A stretch of DNA of 59,315 nucleotides, counting the filler, from Sphacelaria rigidula (lineage: Eukaryota): the NCBI GenBank assembly GCA_964200075.2. It is 7 parts of 7 records of this genome, joined end to end, with 100 filler letters (N's around TTAATTAATTAA, not from the genome) between each part and the next. Parts side by side here need not be neighbours in the genome. Positions count along the whole stretch, not along the records: positions 8,491 to 16,879 come from CAXNAA020011303.1; positions 16,980 to 25,367 come from CAXNAA020011304.1; positions 25,468 to 33,855 come from CAXNAA020011305.1; 4 more parts are not named here. One strand, 5' to 3'. Below are positions 13,718 through 25,499 of this stretch, one piece after another; positions within the stretch are counted from its first letter, which is position 1, and the number at the start of each line of letters is the position of its first letter. The translations under genes and the position numbers were made by a program. Below the pieces are notes generated by a model. That model was not told the DNA's origin and ran no database searches. It worked only from the letters and a program-made list of their open reading frames with translations.

Positions 13718-14372
13718 CTGCGGCAAAAGAAACAAAATGAAACAAACATACAAAACAAAAATAGGAACAACATGAGATATTACTGAAAGTGTGCCCGGTA
13801 CGATATGTATGCACGTAATTATAATTATAATTTTTGTAAAAAAGTGATCGATCACGACGGACACTTGTGGGAATTCTTTTTTCTCTTCTACACGGCAGTC
13901 TCTGCATCACGCCCCCCCCCCCCCACACACACACACAAACAAACATCCTTTCGTGAGCCTCTTCGAACGTTCTTTGATGAGAGGAGCTTGGTAGTGGTTA
14001 GTAACCTTTTTCGCCGCCGAGCGGTGACGATATTCGTACACCTTTCTTCGCATGTCCCTGGTCTGCACTGGGGTGCCGAGCCAACAACCTCCGTACAAGA
14101 CTTTCCGCGTGAACTCGTGAAGACTTCGCTTGCTATTTCGTTAGCTGCCAGGATTCCTTGTCCCCCACCAAAATTACGAGTTTTTGTCGCTCGCTTCATT
14201 TTAGAGACTTTTTGTTCTCTCGTCGCGTATGGTGGGAGCCGGGATCCGAACCCGGGACAATACTGCTCATGAAGCGTATAGAGTCATCAAAACGAGTTGC
14301 CAGTGCAAGAAGGTGATACTCTTGACGGGAACTAGCGGGAATTTTTTTCCGGTATGTGCGGCGTCTGTATGC

Positions 14373-14700
14373 TGTCATCCCATCTATTCTGGACGCCAGT
14401 CCACACTTTTCGGTACAGGTGAAGGTCAACAAGGGAGCTTGTTATTTTATAATTTGTTTTTAGTATTCCACCTTCCTCCTGCGGTGTTTGCCTAAATTTT
14501 TATCGCGAGGCGGGTTCAGCGGTCCCTTTCCCTCGTCGACCGTGAAGTCGAATTTCATGTACCCACGACATCGTCGCTCTCCACTGTTGGGCATGGTGTG
14601 GGAAAAAATCCCAGATCGTGTGACTTCACCGAGATTCAAACCCACGACCCAGTCGTCAGAAGGTTCAAGTTCACCAGCTGAGCCACCGGGGCGACCGGCT
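14373..14700 (-). mobile_element. tRNA-derived SINE
   Basis: The minus-strand head GCCGGTCGCCCCGGTGGCTCAG...GGTTTGAATCTC carries A/B-box-like motifs. Homologous copies lie at 31369-31720 and 54209-54580. Confidence 0.75.
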
Positions 14701-15057
14701 GAGTGGTGATTATTGGATGAGGCTTCATATTGCTCGTTCAACCGTATTGCTTAGATGAAAACGACTACAGTAGGACAACATTTTTGGATACTGTACATAA
14801 TTTTATACAGTGCTACTACCCACCATATCCATTCAAGCTCATGGACAAAAACTTTCGGCAAGAGGACTCGGATGACTACGCTCATATCTCATGATACACG
14901 CATCGGAAATTAGACCCCCTTCTTCAAATAAATCAAACGAACGCGTCCAGCAGTAGCACGCTCAACACTCAACAGCCAACAACACCGACAGAGGAAGCGA
15001 ATAAGGCACACATACACATTTAAGCCAACAAATATCCTAGATATTGAGGGGGCACAC

Positions 15058-15289
15058 CTGCAAAGGGCGCGCGACGCCTTGCAAAACCTTGCACAAAACC
15101 TCTTCCGCTGACATGGTGCCCTCCTCTGCCCGCCTCGCCTTAATACCCCCACCGTTACCCCCACTCCCACCGGCACTATCACCATTGTCCACAAGTCCTC
15201 GGTCATTGCTTTCACCGAAAAGTGACCCCGCTAGCTCCTTCTCCATTGCGACGGCTTGGTGCACCCAGGCCAAAATATCGCCCACATAT
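15058..15289 (-). CDS. COG6: COG6 internal exon
   Basis: RYVGDILAWVHQAVAMEKE...GVARPLQ matches the COG6 RYVGDMLAWxHQ motif. CAG/GT boundaries. Confidence 0.9.
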
Positions 15290-16472
15290 CTGGCAGGCCA
15301 GCGGGGAATCAACACACACACAGGCATACACAGAGAGACAGGGAAACATAGAGAAAGCAAGAAAAGGACGGGGTACGCGGGTGAGGGGGAGGGGGCGGGG
15401 TAGATGCAACGGTGAGAAAATGGGTGGTTGGTGATGATCTACTGCGTTTACACGGTAAACGAAGTGAGGGTTTGTATTTTCCCGTACTGGGCAATGTATT
15501 CAATGCATGACCAAGAAAAACAAGCTTCGATTGCTCTTCTGCCCAGGGATCGTACTGCTTTTTTTTCCTCTTTCTCAAATTATTTCCTGTCATACTCTTA
15601 CTTGAACCCATTGTCCTCGCCGGGACAAAGCCGTAGTGTCGAGGGGGGAAATCCTCCCTCTCTCCCCCACATATTTGCCCTGATATCATGGTGTCGAGGA
15701 TTGGATGAGAGTTCCCCCGCGCCACCACGACTCTTGATCCAATTTTCAATTTTCCGCCACCATACGCGTCCTCACGTTGTACAACGTCGACAATCCGACT
15801 GTACACGTTCAAAAAAATGGCTTGTCTTTGCCCGTCCCTTGTGTTGCACAACATGAAGAAGCAGACATGGTTGACCATGTACTACGACATCGAAATCAAA
15901 CTTCATCAACTAACCACCCCTCTAGATACATACACATGAGCATCATACACAAACCTATATATCAAGAAGCGATGAGCACCCCCCTGACAGACGCTGTAGT
16001 ATCCCCCCCCCCCCGATGGTCTGATGACTATGGCATGCATGATCATGAGTACACCCTCCCCCCCTCCCCCCCCTCTCCTACGTGTTATTTTTTCCTGTTG
16101 TCTTGTTCGTCTCTAGTGTATGTTTAGTTTACCCCATTCGTTCCACGTATATCTAGGTCTTGCTTTTTCCACATTTCTCGAGTTTTGCTGGAGCGAGTGT
16201 TCCCGATCTGTTCACCTTGAGTGCAACACGTCTGGCATGTGAATTATGACCATGACGTGTTCCCTTGTGGGTAATGACCACGGGGATCAGTTACATGCAA
16301 CGGACAATAAAACAAATCAAAATCAAGCGTGGTACTATCTACGTGTATCACATCGTTACTTGATGCCCATTTTTTCATCAGTCGCATCTTTTTGTGATCT
16401 TTGTCCATAATATCAAAAAATAGATCGCTCTGCCTCGCATCGCGCTTCCAATTTTCCTATCATTTCTAACAT

Positions 16473-16502
16473 TGGAATGGAATGGAATGGAATGGAATGG
16501 AA
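16473..16502. repeat. (TGGAA)n microsatellite
   Basis: About six tandem TGGAA units. Confidence 0.9.
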
Positions 16503-16616
16503 AAGGGACGGAAGGGACAGACGCCTTCAATGAAGAGCGATGGGACTCGCCTCCTTCGACGGTATCTGAGCCGCCGGCGTGAAGGAGAGAGAGTGCTAGA
16601 GCTGTTGGGGCCCTTC

Positions 16617-16722
16617 TTAACCCTTAGACCGCGAGGGTAGTTCATCTGGATCATGCACACTTTATTCGAGTGAAATTGATGCCGATTTAACAGATGGCCT
16701 ACTCTAGCCGTCTAAGGGTTAA
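16617..16722. mobile_element. piggyBac-like MITE
   Basis: TTAA-CCCTTAGAC...GTCTAAGGG-TTAA, a perfect 9-bp TIR with TTAA TSD. Confidence 0.8.
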
Positions 16723-16979
16723 CGAAGGGGGTTATCCCCTTTTTCACAATCCCCTTTTAACAGGGGATTGGCCCCATAACGACCAGTCCCCAGTCCTATC
16801 GAAAAGCAGTTGTGTACAGGTTCGAACCCAGATCTGCACACAGGTTGAGAAATGCGGCGGGTCTGGAAGTGGTCGTTAGNNNNNNNNNNNNNNNNNNNNN
16901 NNNNNNNNNNNNNNNNNNNNNNNTTAATTAATTAANNNNNNNNNNNNNNNNNNNNNNNNNNNNNNNNNNNNNNNNNNNN

Positions 16980-18061
16980 CATGTTTTCCTCCTGTTACAC
17001 TGAACGTACACACATCGTCAATGACTGCTGCCGAGATAGCCCCCCCCAAAAACCGGCCAAAAACGTGCACGGAGGCGATGATCATAACTGCCGTTATAGC
17101 TGGTTTAGTGCTGCGCGACGCGACTGACTCGGGCGTCAAAGCTGATTACGGACTGCTACACGCCTCTCATGTGGGCGAAATTGCTGCAAACGAGCCCAAT
17201 AGTGGGATCGCAGCCGGTTCGTTGGACGGGGCCGGTGCACGTTTTGTGGGGGGGCTATCTCGGCATTAGTCCAATGTATAGGCGACATCGTGCTAAACCT
17301 TCATATGTTCTTGTCATGTTAGACTGGAACCAACCTGGACTTCCGCTACATCCCATAGGCATGACCAACCATTCATATAGACCATTCTGTGTGAAAATCG
17401 CCGTCAAAGGAATGGAGTCCTGATGCATAGCTACGTTAAAATATCCGGAGGTGATGTCCAGGCATGAAAATATTTTGGCGCCCCCCAGTTCATCCAGGAG
17501 TTCCTCAATTATTGGAACCGGTAACATCGGAATTCTCGTACTATCATTAAGCTTCTTGTAGTTGCACGTAATGCGAATGGACCCATCCGCTTTATTGATT
17601 ACTACGAGTGGACTACTCCAATTGGAATATGATCTCCTCAAAATGCCTGCAGCCAACATGCGATCGGTTTCCACTTGTACTTTGTTTTGGACCACCGGGA
17701 TATGCCTATATGGGCGCTGTTTTACGGGCCTCGTTCCCGTTTTGAGTTCAATCGCAAATGGATCCACCGTGCAATACCCCAAATCCATCTTGTCCTTGGA
17801 AAATCGATGTGAATATTTGCACAAGAGTTCTCCCAAATTATTGATGTCCTTAACCGTCCAATACGCACCTTCCAACCCAAACTGTATCTTTCGCATATGT
17901 GTGGGAAGTTTATCCCACATGTCGTCAAACGCTTGTTGTTGCTCACCGTCCAAGCCTGCTAAGACTGGAGATTCTTCTACTTGCCGGTCTACTGTGAATA
18001 CCTTTTTGGGTTCCCGCTCCGTTGTTTCAGAGATTTTAAGTTCCTCCAAAGAGCATGGCAC
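16980..18061 (-). pseudogene. pol: Gypsy reverse transcriptase, interrupted
   Basis: Contains PVKQRPYR, SNWSSPLVVINKADGSIR, IFSCLDITSGYF and GLYEWLVMPMGCSGSPGWFQ. LYIDDVCTFS is restored when the 17023-17271 insert and one TSD copy are removed. Confidence 0.92.
17023..17271. mobile_element. MITE with GAC...GTC ends and 4-bp TSD CAAT
   Basis: TIRs GACTGCTGCCGAGATAGCCCCCCC / GGGGGGGCTATCTCGGCATTAGTC, with CAAT at 17019-17022 and 17272-17275. Confidence 0.88.
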
Positions 18062-18460
18062 TCAAGGTGCTCCAGCAAAACCTAGAGCGGTGTTCGGGGT
18101 TAACATCTGTCCTTCTAAACCGGTATAACGGAGAAGGATGATGGATTCACCTCCTTCTACAATGATCTTATGTGGAGACCAATCTGGATCCAGAGTTACA
18201 TAGTAAGAGCCACCCTCGGAAGGTGTTCAGTCCACGTTACAGAGTTTGACAGGGACCCATGACAATGTATCCGGTCGTATCGTATCCTGAGATCCGTTGT
18301 AAACGACTATGACTTGGGCTGCCGACGACTTTGGTTCAACGAAGCCAACAGCACTGCGGACTTGTTCCACAAACACATGATCAACAGAGTCGATGTTATT
18401 TCCTTGCAAGGTCATGGTTGTTTCTCGTTGGTTTACATCACGATACGTTCTGACCGGGAA

Positions 18461-18790
18461 TTAACCTAGGCCATCACGTCCTACTAGAACGTCATAGTTC
18501 ATTGTTCCGTCAGGTACTACATGGGCGTAAATTGCCAAACATGCTCGTCCAGGTTGAACTGACATTCTTGGGTTGGGTCTTCTAGGCCACAGTCGAATAT
18601 TCAACCGCACCTGTGAAGAAGTACACAAAGGGACACCATTGAAACCACCCCAGGATACAGGGTCTATCTCCCGGGTACCTTCGATGGTAGCCACCCCGAC
18701 GTCAACCATTTTGTTTACCATTTTTTATAATGAATAAATGTCGCGGGACTCCCCGTGTCTATCAAAGCTTTTACTTCCAAAGTTCTAGTT
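18461..18790 (-). pseudogene. Retroviral-type aspartic protease (frameshifted)
   Basis: LEVKALIDTGSPATFI, followed after a frameshift by ...HVVPDGTMNYDVLVGRD, the retropepsin D-x-L-x-G-R-D motif. Confidence 0.8.
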
Positions 18791-20251
18791 GCCTTCGGGC
18801 CTGGAAAATTTGTGCCCAGGTCGAACTTTCTCTGCGGTTTAAGCTCACTTCCCCTCCTATCACTTGCTGAATTTCTTCCAAGTAAGACCATTTCCTCCCT
18901 CGCGCAACCTGACTAGATATTGTCGCTGGCACGCGGGAAGAATTTGGTTCTGTATTTAAACGACTGCCAGTTTTCGGGTTCAGCGCGTAAATACTTTCAG
19001 CGGGTGTCCTGCTTGGGTCGTCACCATTTTCTTGAACTACACTGCGCACGACGCAACACGAAGATTCATCACTATCCTTTTGACATGAAGTATCTTGGGA
19101 TGCTTCAACGGCACTATCGGGGAATTCAGTAGTCATTTTATCCTGCACATCGTTACCGTCATCAGCTGATCCACTTTCGTGTACGGTTGCTAGATCGAGA
19201 ATAGAACCAACTACGCTTGATCCTCCCTGACCTATCTTACTGTTGCCCCGACTGTTGCGCGCTGATCGGCTGGGCAAATCGGAGTCTCTACTTGAAGAAA
19301 AGTTTATTTCTGCCTGATTGAATGCTACTAATTGTCGAATTGGTACGTTTGTGTTCATCTTGCGCAGTGGAAATTTCAGCGGGGCAATTCTCCTTTTCCC
19401 GTACCGGAGCATTTCTATTTTCCCGACTGTCACGGGCATTTTTACCGTGCACCGCGGGAGTTCTAGATTCGGCGGGAGAATTATCATTCCGTCCAAATAG
19501 GTGACTAATATTACTGTTCCTCCCGGTGCGGGCGGTTTTGCCGTGCACGAGGGAACTTTCGGCGGGAATATCCTGGCATGTGGTCCCCGGTCCAACTGGG
19601 TAGCGAGATTTATTTTGATTACTTTCTCGACCATGCGGAATTCTTGCCTCACCCTGGATGCTTACATTATCTACTGGGTGCTCTGTAATATGCGACTGTA
19701 CATTCACATCGGGTCCATCCATGACCCAAACAGCGACCGAGGGCTCAACTGATACAACTCGGCTGCATGCCTTTGCACTCGATGTTTTACTGTCACATAG
19801 AATATCGTTAAGAATCGGCGCACAATTAGCGGAGCTACCCCTATCCGACACACCATTCCGACGACCACACTGGAATGTCCCGCAAGATATCAACACTGAG
19901 ACCTTACTTGCACCCGTCTGCAATAAATTGCCCACAGACTGGTTGACATGTTCATCTGTACAGGATTGTGATTTCTTTCCAACCTTTTGAATACCGTTAC
20001 GGGGATGATCTGTCGCCGTGCTGGATTCCAACGTTTCAACGGAACCACAAAGCTTACCCTTTTGAAACGGATCTCCCCCGTTCCACCAACTAGATTTTCT
20101 TCCCGTGCGTGGATGAGCTAGTTGGACCGTGCGGACTAGACACAGTGCCGCTACTTGTGCTTGCATTATCTGCGAGAGGGTCAGGTCCTCTAGTTAATAC
20201 AGCGGGCCGAGGTGCCGTCGGTGAATTGGCCAACTCTCCACCGTTGCATCC

Positions 20252-22011
20252 TCAATGACTGTTTCTATTACGATGGTAGTCACACAGTCTTCGCTGCCAT
20301 TGTCGCCATTTGGATGACACATCTTGTGACGTGCCATTTCTAATTTCATGGTGAATGATTCCATATTTATTCATGAAGTCGTGTGGACATTCTCTAGCCA
20401 GGAGGTGATCCTCGTTTCCACAGTTCAAACGAAAAGGTCCGAATGCTTTTCTAGCAGCATCTTTGGCCTCGCGAGAGTCAAACGGTTCATAAAAAGGAGG
20501 ATCTCTACCCTTTTTGCCAAACCGATGGTTGTTCTTCATACCGATGGATTCTACATACTGCATTTCAATGTCTTCTTCCTCAAATTGTCAGTGATTGCCA
20601 TTACACCACCAATTATTTAACTATGAAGGGCTCTTGCATGATGCCTAGCCCTGGTCGTGACGCCACCTACAAGCCCTACTCGGAAACGAGAGGGTGCTAC
20701 AGCTAAGGAGGTGTTTGTGTCAAAATCCCTCAAAGCTGTCATGATTTCATCTACATCCCCGAAAGGCAGGGGCCGATGGTGTCTGCCTGAAAATGCTTGT
20801 GCACTGATGTTGGGAAACTGATCGTCTACACCATTCTTCACCGCCGACTGAAATGAGCCATCGCCTGGGGCTAGTTCCCGACCAACACTCTGCACATTGG
20901 CAACCAGCAACCGTAATTCCGACAAATACGTCGCGAAAGTGGTTCCCGGTTCAACTGTAAAATTAACGAACATACCCATAACACCGGCCGGAGTGACTTT
21001 GCTCAGGGCTCTACACATCATACGGAGTCCATGATCAAACGTCTCGGAACCAATTGATCCAGCCTCTTGCATCTGAATCGTCTGACCGATTATGTCGGCA
21101 ATCTGGCTCCTGAGGGAAGACGCGGCCTGGGAGTACGGAGAATATTTGTTTGAACGGATAGCCCTCAGCAAGTGTTTCTGCAAACACTTTTCCCACCCAC
21201 GGTGCCAGTATACCGACTCAACGTCACCTACAATTACGCGCATGTCATGAATAGAGTCGCGAAGGGCCGCACTAAAAGCAACCAAATCCGCTACGTCGTG
21301 ATCGGGACTCAGAGGCAACTTAGGTAATTCTGTCAAAATAGACGTGTCCATCTTGGCACATTCTCGCGCTATGTCGGTTGCCGTTTTGGCGGGCGTCGAT
21401 GCAGGAACATCCGACCTAGGCGCTAACCCATTCATGTGACGACTTGCAATGCGAAGAGGTTGTAGGCTCGTAGTCGCATTTGAGTTTAATACCTGTACCA
21501 CCTGTGGATCTATTAGGCGGCGTACCTGCGTGATTTCAACCACCGAAGAAGTTTCTGAGGACTGAGGGTCCTCCCTGCATACATCTATCGGTTCTCTCGA
21601 GGTTCTACCTTCCACTCGTTCCGGATCATACCTCTTATGGTGGCCTGCACGTGATGAGGATCGCTCCCCCCTACGCCTGGAGCGTGATCCCTCAGACCAC
21701 CCGCTAGAGCTCCCACCCTCCGACTCCCCCGTATGCCCCTGTTGCCCCAGCGGCTGAAACTCTTGTGGACCCTGGGATAGCGTCACATTTCGAACAAATC
21801 GCTGGAAGTTGTAGGACTCCACTGAACTGACATCGGGCGGACATGTCCGTAGCAAAACTCGAAAATCCTTCAATGTCAGATTCTGGACACCCTCCGGCCG
21901 GCTGGGATGGTGGTGAGACAACACCGGAGCCATCTGTACCACAGGTCGCCGGTGAACCGTCGGGCCCTCCGCCGCCATCTCCCTGGGCGGCATTGTCACA
22001 GCCTCCCGCAC
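20252..22011 (-). pseudogene. gag: Gag-like protein with degenerate CCHC knuckle
   Basis: A 464-aa ORF with a gag-like TFATYLSELRLLV segment, followed by an ORF with NCGNEDHLLARECPHDF, located upstream of PR/RT. Confidence 0.7.
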
Positions 22012-25000
22012 TCCATCTGGGGAGGGTCACAGGCCCTGCCCCCCATCTCCCCCGGCGTCAGTGATTGTGGTAGGATGTTGGCCTGCTGCACCACCGCTGC
22101 CCGCACCTCTTCCCTGTTACGGCGGGCCTCGTATACCGCCGCCTCGTCCCAATCCTCTGCGTCATCAAGGCTATCTTGCTCCGCCTGCAACGCGGCCAAC
22201 ATCTGCATTGTCTCCTGCATCTTTGAATCTAGTGCTGCCCGCGCAGCTTGCGTGTTCGAGAGCCGTTGTTCGGCCTCGCCAAACTTTGCACTACCTTGCC
22301 TCAACAGTCCCCTAGCATGCTCCTGTTGAAGGTCAGCAGCATGCGGAGGGACACAGGGTTTGTTACAACCGAAATCGGTAGCAGCGGAGGGTGTCGTTAC
22401 AGCCTGGGAGTACGATTTACCTCTTTTCCCGACTATAGTCCAAGCGGCCTGACTATTTTGCTCTGCCTTACTTGCAGATGGCTCCGTGACTACCAATCCT
22501 GACAACCTCTTGGCCAAGGCCTCATCTTCAACCTTGCTGCTGCTTGCTTACGTCTACGAACCGCCGCTCGAAGTTCCGCTTGGTACAGTACCAGAGCGAG
22601 AGCTTCATCGCCGTCCATATCTCAACCGACGGGTGAAATGACTTCCCGGGAAGGGACCAACCGCACTTGAGATAGCGAGACATCCCTACCCGTGTTTTCT
22701 ACATCAGCTTTTGAAACGCGGGTGCATTTTTCCATCATGGTTTCTACGTCTGTGACCCTAGGTCCTGTCTGTACAGCCTGAATAGGAGTATATACACACC
22801 CCGGTGCCGCTACAGTAGTGCACGGACGCCGAACATCATTTGCATCGATGCCCACCACTCGGCAACGATCCTCAAATGACAGCGAGTCCAACATTTGCCG
22901 AACATTGTCCACCACATCGTCTATCGCTGTCCTCTGGTGCTCTACTTCTACCGTAGTGTTCACCATAGGGGCAACTGGTTCAACTTCAACCGTACTGGGT
23001 TTAGTTCCCTCAACGGCCGTAGTAGCCGGAGTGTCCGGAGGGCCTGCAGGGTTGCCAGCCCGGGCCTCTTCGGGACGTGAGGTGTGAGGTACCATCACCC
23101 CCGGCACTCTGAGGATTCCTTAGACTTCCCCTTGACTACCTTGCGAGCCTCCTTGTCTGTAGGCGAGAGGACAATACCAGCAATAGACATGGCGCTCATG
23201 GTCACTACAAGTTCCGAGGATGAATCACATGGTTGTGTGAGCAAATGAGATTCACTATTCGACTGACCAGTAGTGGCCTGCGATCTACCTTCTGAACCGC
23301 ACGTTTTCTCTGATATTACCGGTGCAGTGCGCACCTCCGGTATCCGATTATAGTGCCGTTGTCTTCCGTGATATCATCGCCCAGTTCAATTTACGACAGG
23401 ACCGAACGCAACTTGGATTCTGTTTTTTGCAGCACAATAATTTGTTGAATTACCCCGGATGCATTTGGTCGTGAACTCCCTTGCTCTACATCGGGCGTGA
23501 ACAGACGAGGTGCAAATTCACTAGCAGATGAACTCGAGTATGAACAGATTTCGTTTCCATGCTCGAGGTTGATGTCACGCTCATTTTGATTTCGGGACAA
23601 AGGCGCGGGAGTATCCAACCTTCTTTCAACATTACTGAGAGATCGCGCACGATTCTCCGCGGGCTCATCCTTTACATCACTGGACACCTGCAAAATGCCA
23701 TCCTCATGGCATGGTGTAGTGGGGAAATGACTATTGTTTTTTTCAGGGGGCGAGGAAACCAACGCTGCATCAGCTCTATTCCGTACCACCCTGTCAACAA
23801 CATCACCTGGAGTGCGCTCGGTATCTTCGCCGGTCACGCTTTCTACACATTTCATGTCGTTTTCTACTTGGGGTGCAAGATCCAAGCTTTGAACGTTGGT
23901 GTCTCTCGCCCAACAGTGTCCCCCACGGACCCAACGTTTTCTACCCGAGGCGAAATATACACCGTGTCATGCGAAATGCCCCGCGAGCAGGCCATGTTCT
24001 CTACTTCAGGGATGGGAGGTGCTAACTGAACTTGATTGGTTACACTCCTTTCCCCCACAGTGGTGGACACTCCATTTGCTAAACGTCTCAGCCCCTCGTC
24101 CGACATACTGTCAACTGACTTCGTCTGTACCTCTTCATCTTGTACGGCTAACATTTCGGATGCAACTGTCACTCGGTCTCAACTATCTGTGGGTGGATAG
24201 AACTCAACGTCTGCTTTCTTCTGGGCTCTCGTACGTACACCACTTGAAAAACTCGCAGCGCTGTTCGAACGGCTTCTCTTACCGGACATCTCTGAAGTTA
24301 CGCTGCTGTCTTCACCCCTGTGGACTACCGTCGATCGCCAGTGTCAGGAGAAGACCTTGCGCTCAGATCTCCAACAAAGGTTGAACCACTGTTATGGGAC
24401 TGAGGTGCTGCGATTCGCAGACCCTCGAAGTGATGAAACGTGTAGAGTCCCAAAAAGTTGTCGAAAAGTGATGCGTTGCCACTTGTATTGATTCTTTATG
24501 CTACGATACTGGGAGGCCCCAGAAATCAACACAAAAGCAATCTATAAGCGGAAAACAGAACGAAACTTGACCTGAAACTGCAGAACAAAGCTGTTGCTGG
24601 GGCTGAGAGAGGGGTGCAGAACGAAGTGATCATCAGGGGGGGGTGCATCGATGCTCGAATGCACCTGGCTAGCCCTTGACCCTTTTGTCCATTCTCACGC
24701 ACTTGAACCCAAATCTGTTACTTTGCCTTTCAAAGAATTGTTCTACTCGGGAATACCCCACAGGTTTCCATCCTTTTTTTACCCTCAACACACAAAAGCT
24801 CCAAAGATCGTATCTTGCTTTGTTTTGTTTTCATGGATATACTCCAGATTCCCAAACCTGCTAACCCGTCTACAAGTTTTCTCGGCATTAAAACAACTCA
24901 ACTTCGAAAAAATCTCCCCACTTGTGTACAAACCTCAACTTGCGGCTCACAATGCCTACAAACACTATAGCACAATCCCTGTACCCCGGATTAGAGTCAT

Positions 25001-25499
25001 TTTACGGTGTTTTACCCCGGTTCCCATGCGCACTCATCTTACTTTTACCCGTAGAACTGGTTCAGTACAAAACCATAAAGCCTCCGAGAGTTTGGCTCAC
25101 CACAGACCTCTAATAACGCTAGATACTAATCCTCAACCCAAAAGTGCCGATCGCGCAACGCGTAGAACTCGGCGACGAGGCAGAGGATTGGACTGCAGTT
25201 TCTTGCGTGCGCTTCCCACACACCAAAGCTAGGTCACTCTATTTCACGTTTTCGTTTGAGCGTGATACTGAGCCGCATATAACCCAAACGTACAAAAATG
25301 AGGTATTTTGGAGCCATCCTACGACAGGGGTGGGGGTATTTTGGGCCATTTGTTGCTCGAAATTTCGNNNNNNNNNNNNNNNNNNNNNNNNNNNNNNNNN
25401 NNNNNNNNNNNTTAATTAATTAANNNNNNNNNNNNNNNNNNNNNNNNNNNNNNNNNNNNNNNNNNNNTTTCTTTTCTTATTGCTTTTTGGTAGGGTGTC

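Larger units (their letters stand above)
16980..24390 (-). mobile_element. Decayed Ty3/Gypsy LTR retrotransposon (gag-PR-RT; truncated by contig end)
   Basis: Minus-strand order: long frameshifted ORFs, gag-like ORF 20617-22011, degenerate zinc knuckle NCGNEDHLLARECP (20252-20563), protease ALIDTGSPATFI (~18735-18770), then Gypsy-type RT. Confidence 0.9.

Noticed and set aside
16473..16502. Telomeric repeat
   Set aside because: It is a short internal (TGGAA)n, not a TTAGGG/TTTAGGG-type array.
25310..25332. TGTCGTAGGAT as the 5' start of the Gypsy LTR
   Set aside because: The same CCCCTGTCGTAGGAT motif occurs at about 38930 in an unrelated short repeat, and no second LTR is available for comparison.
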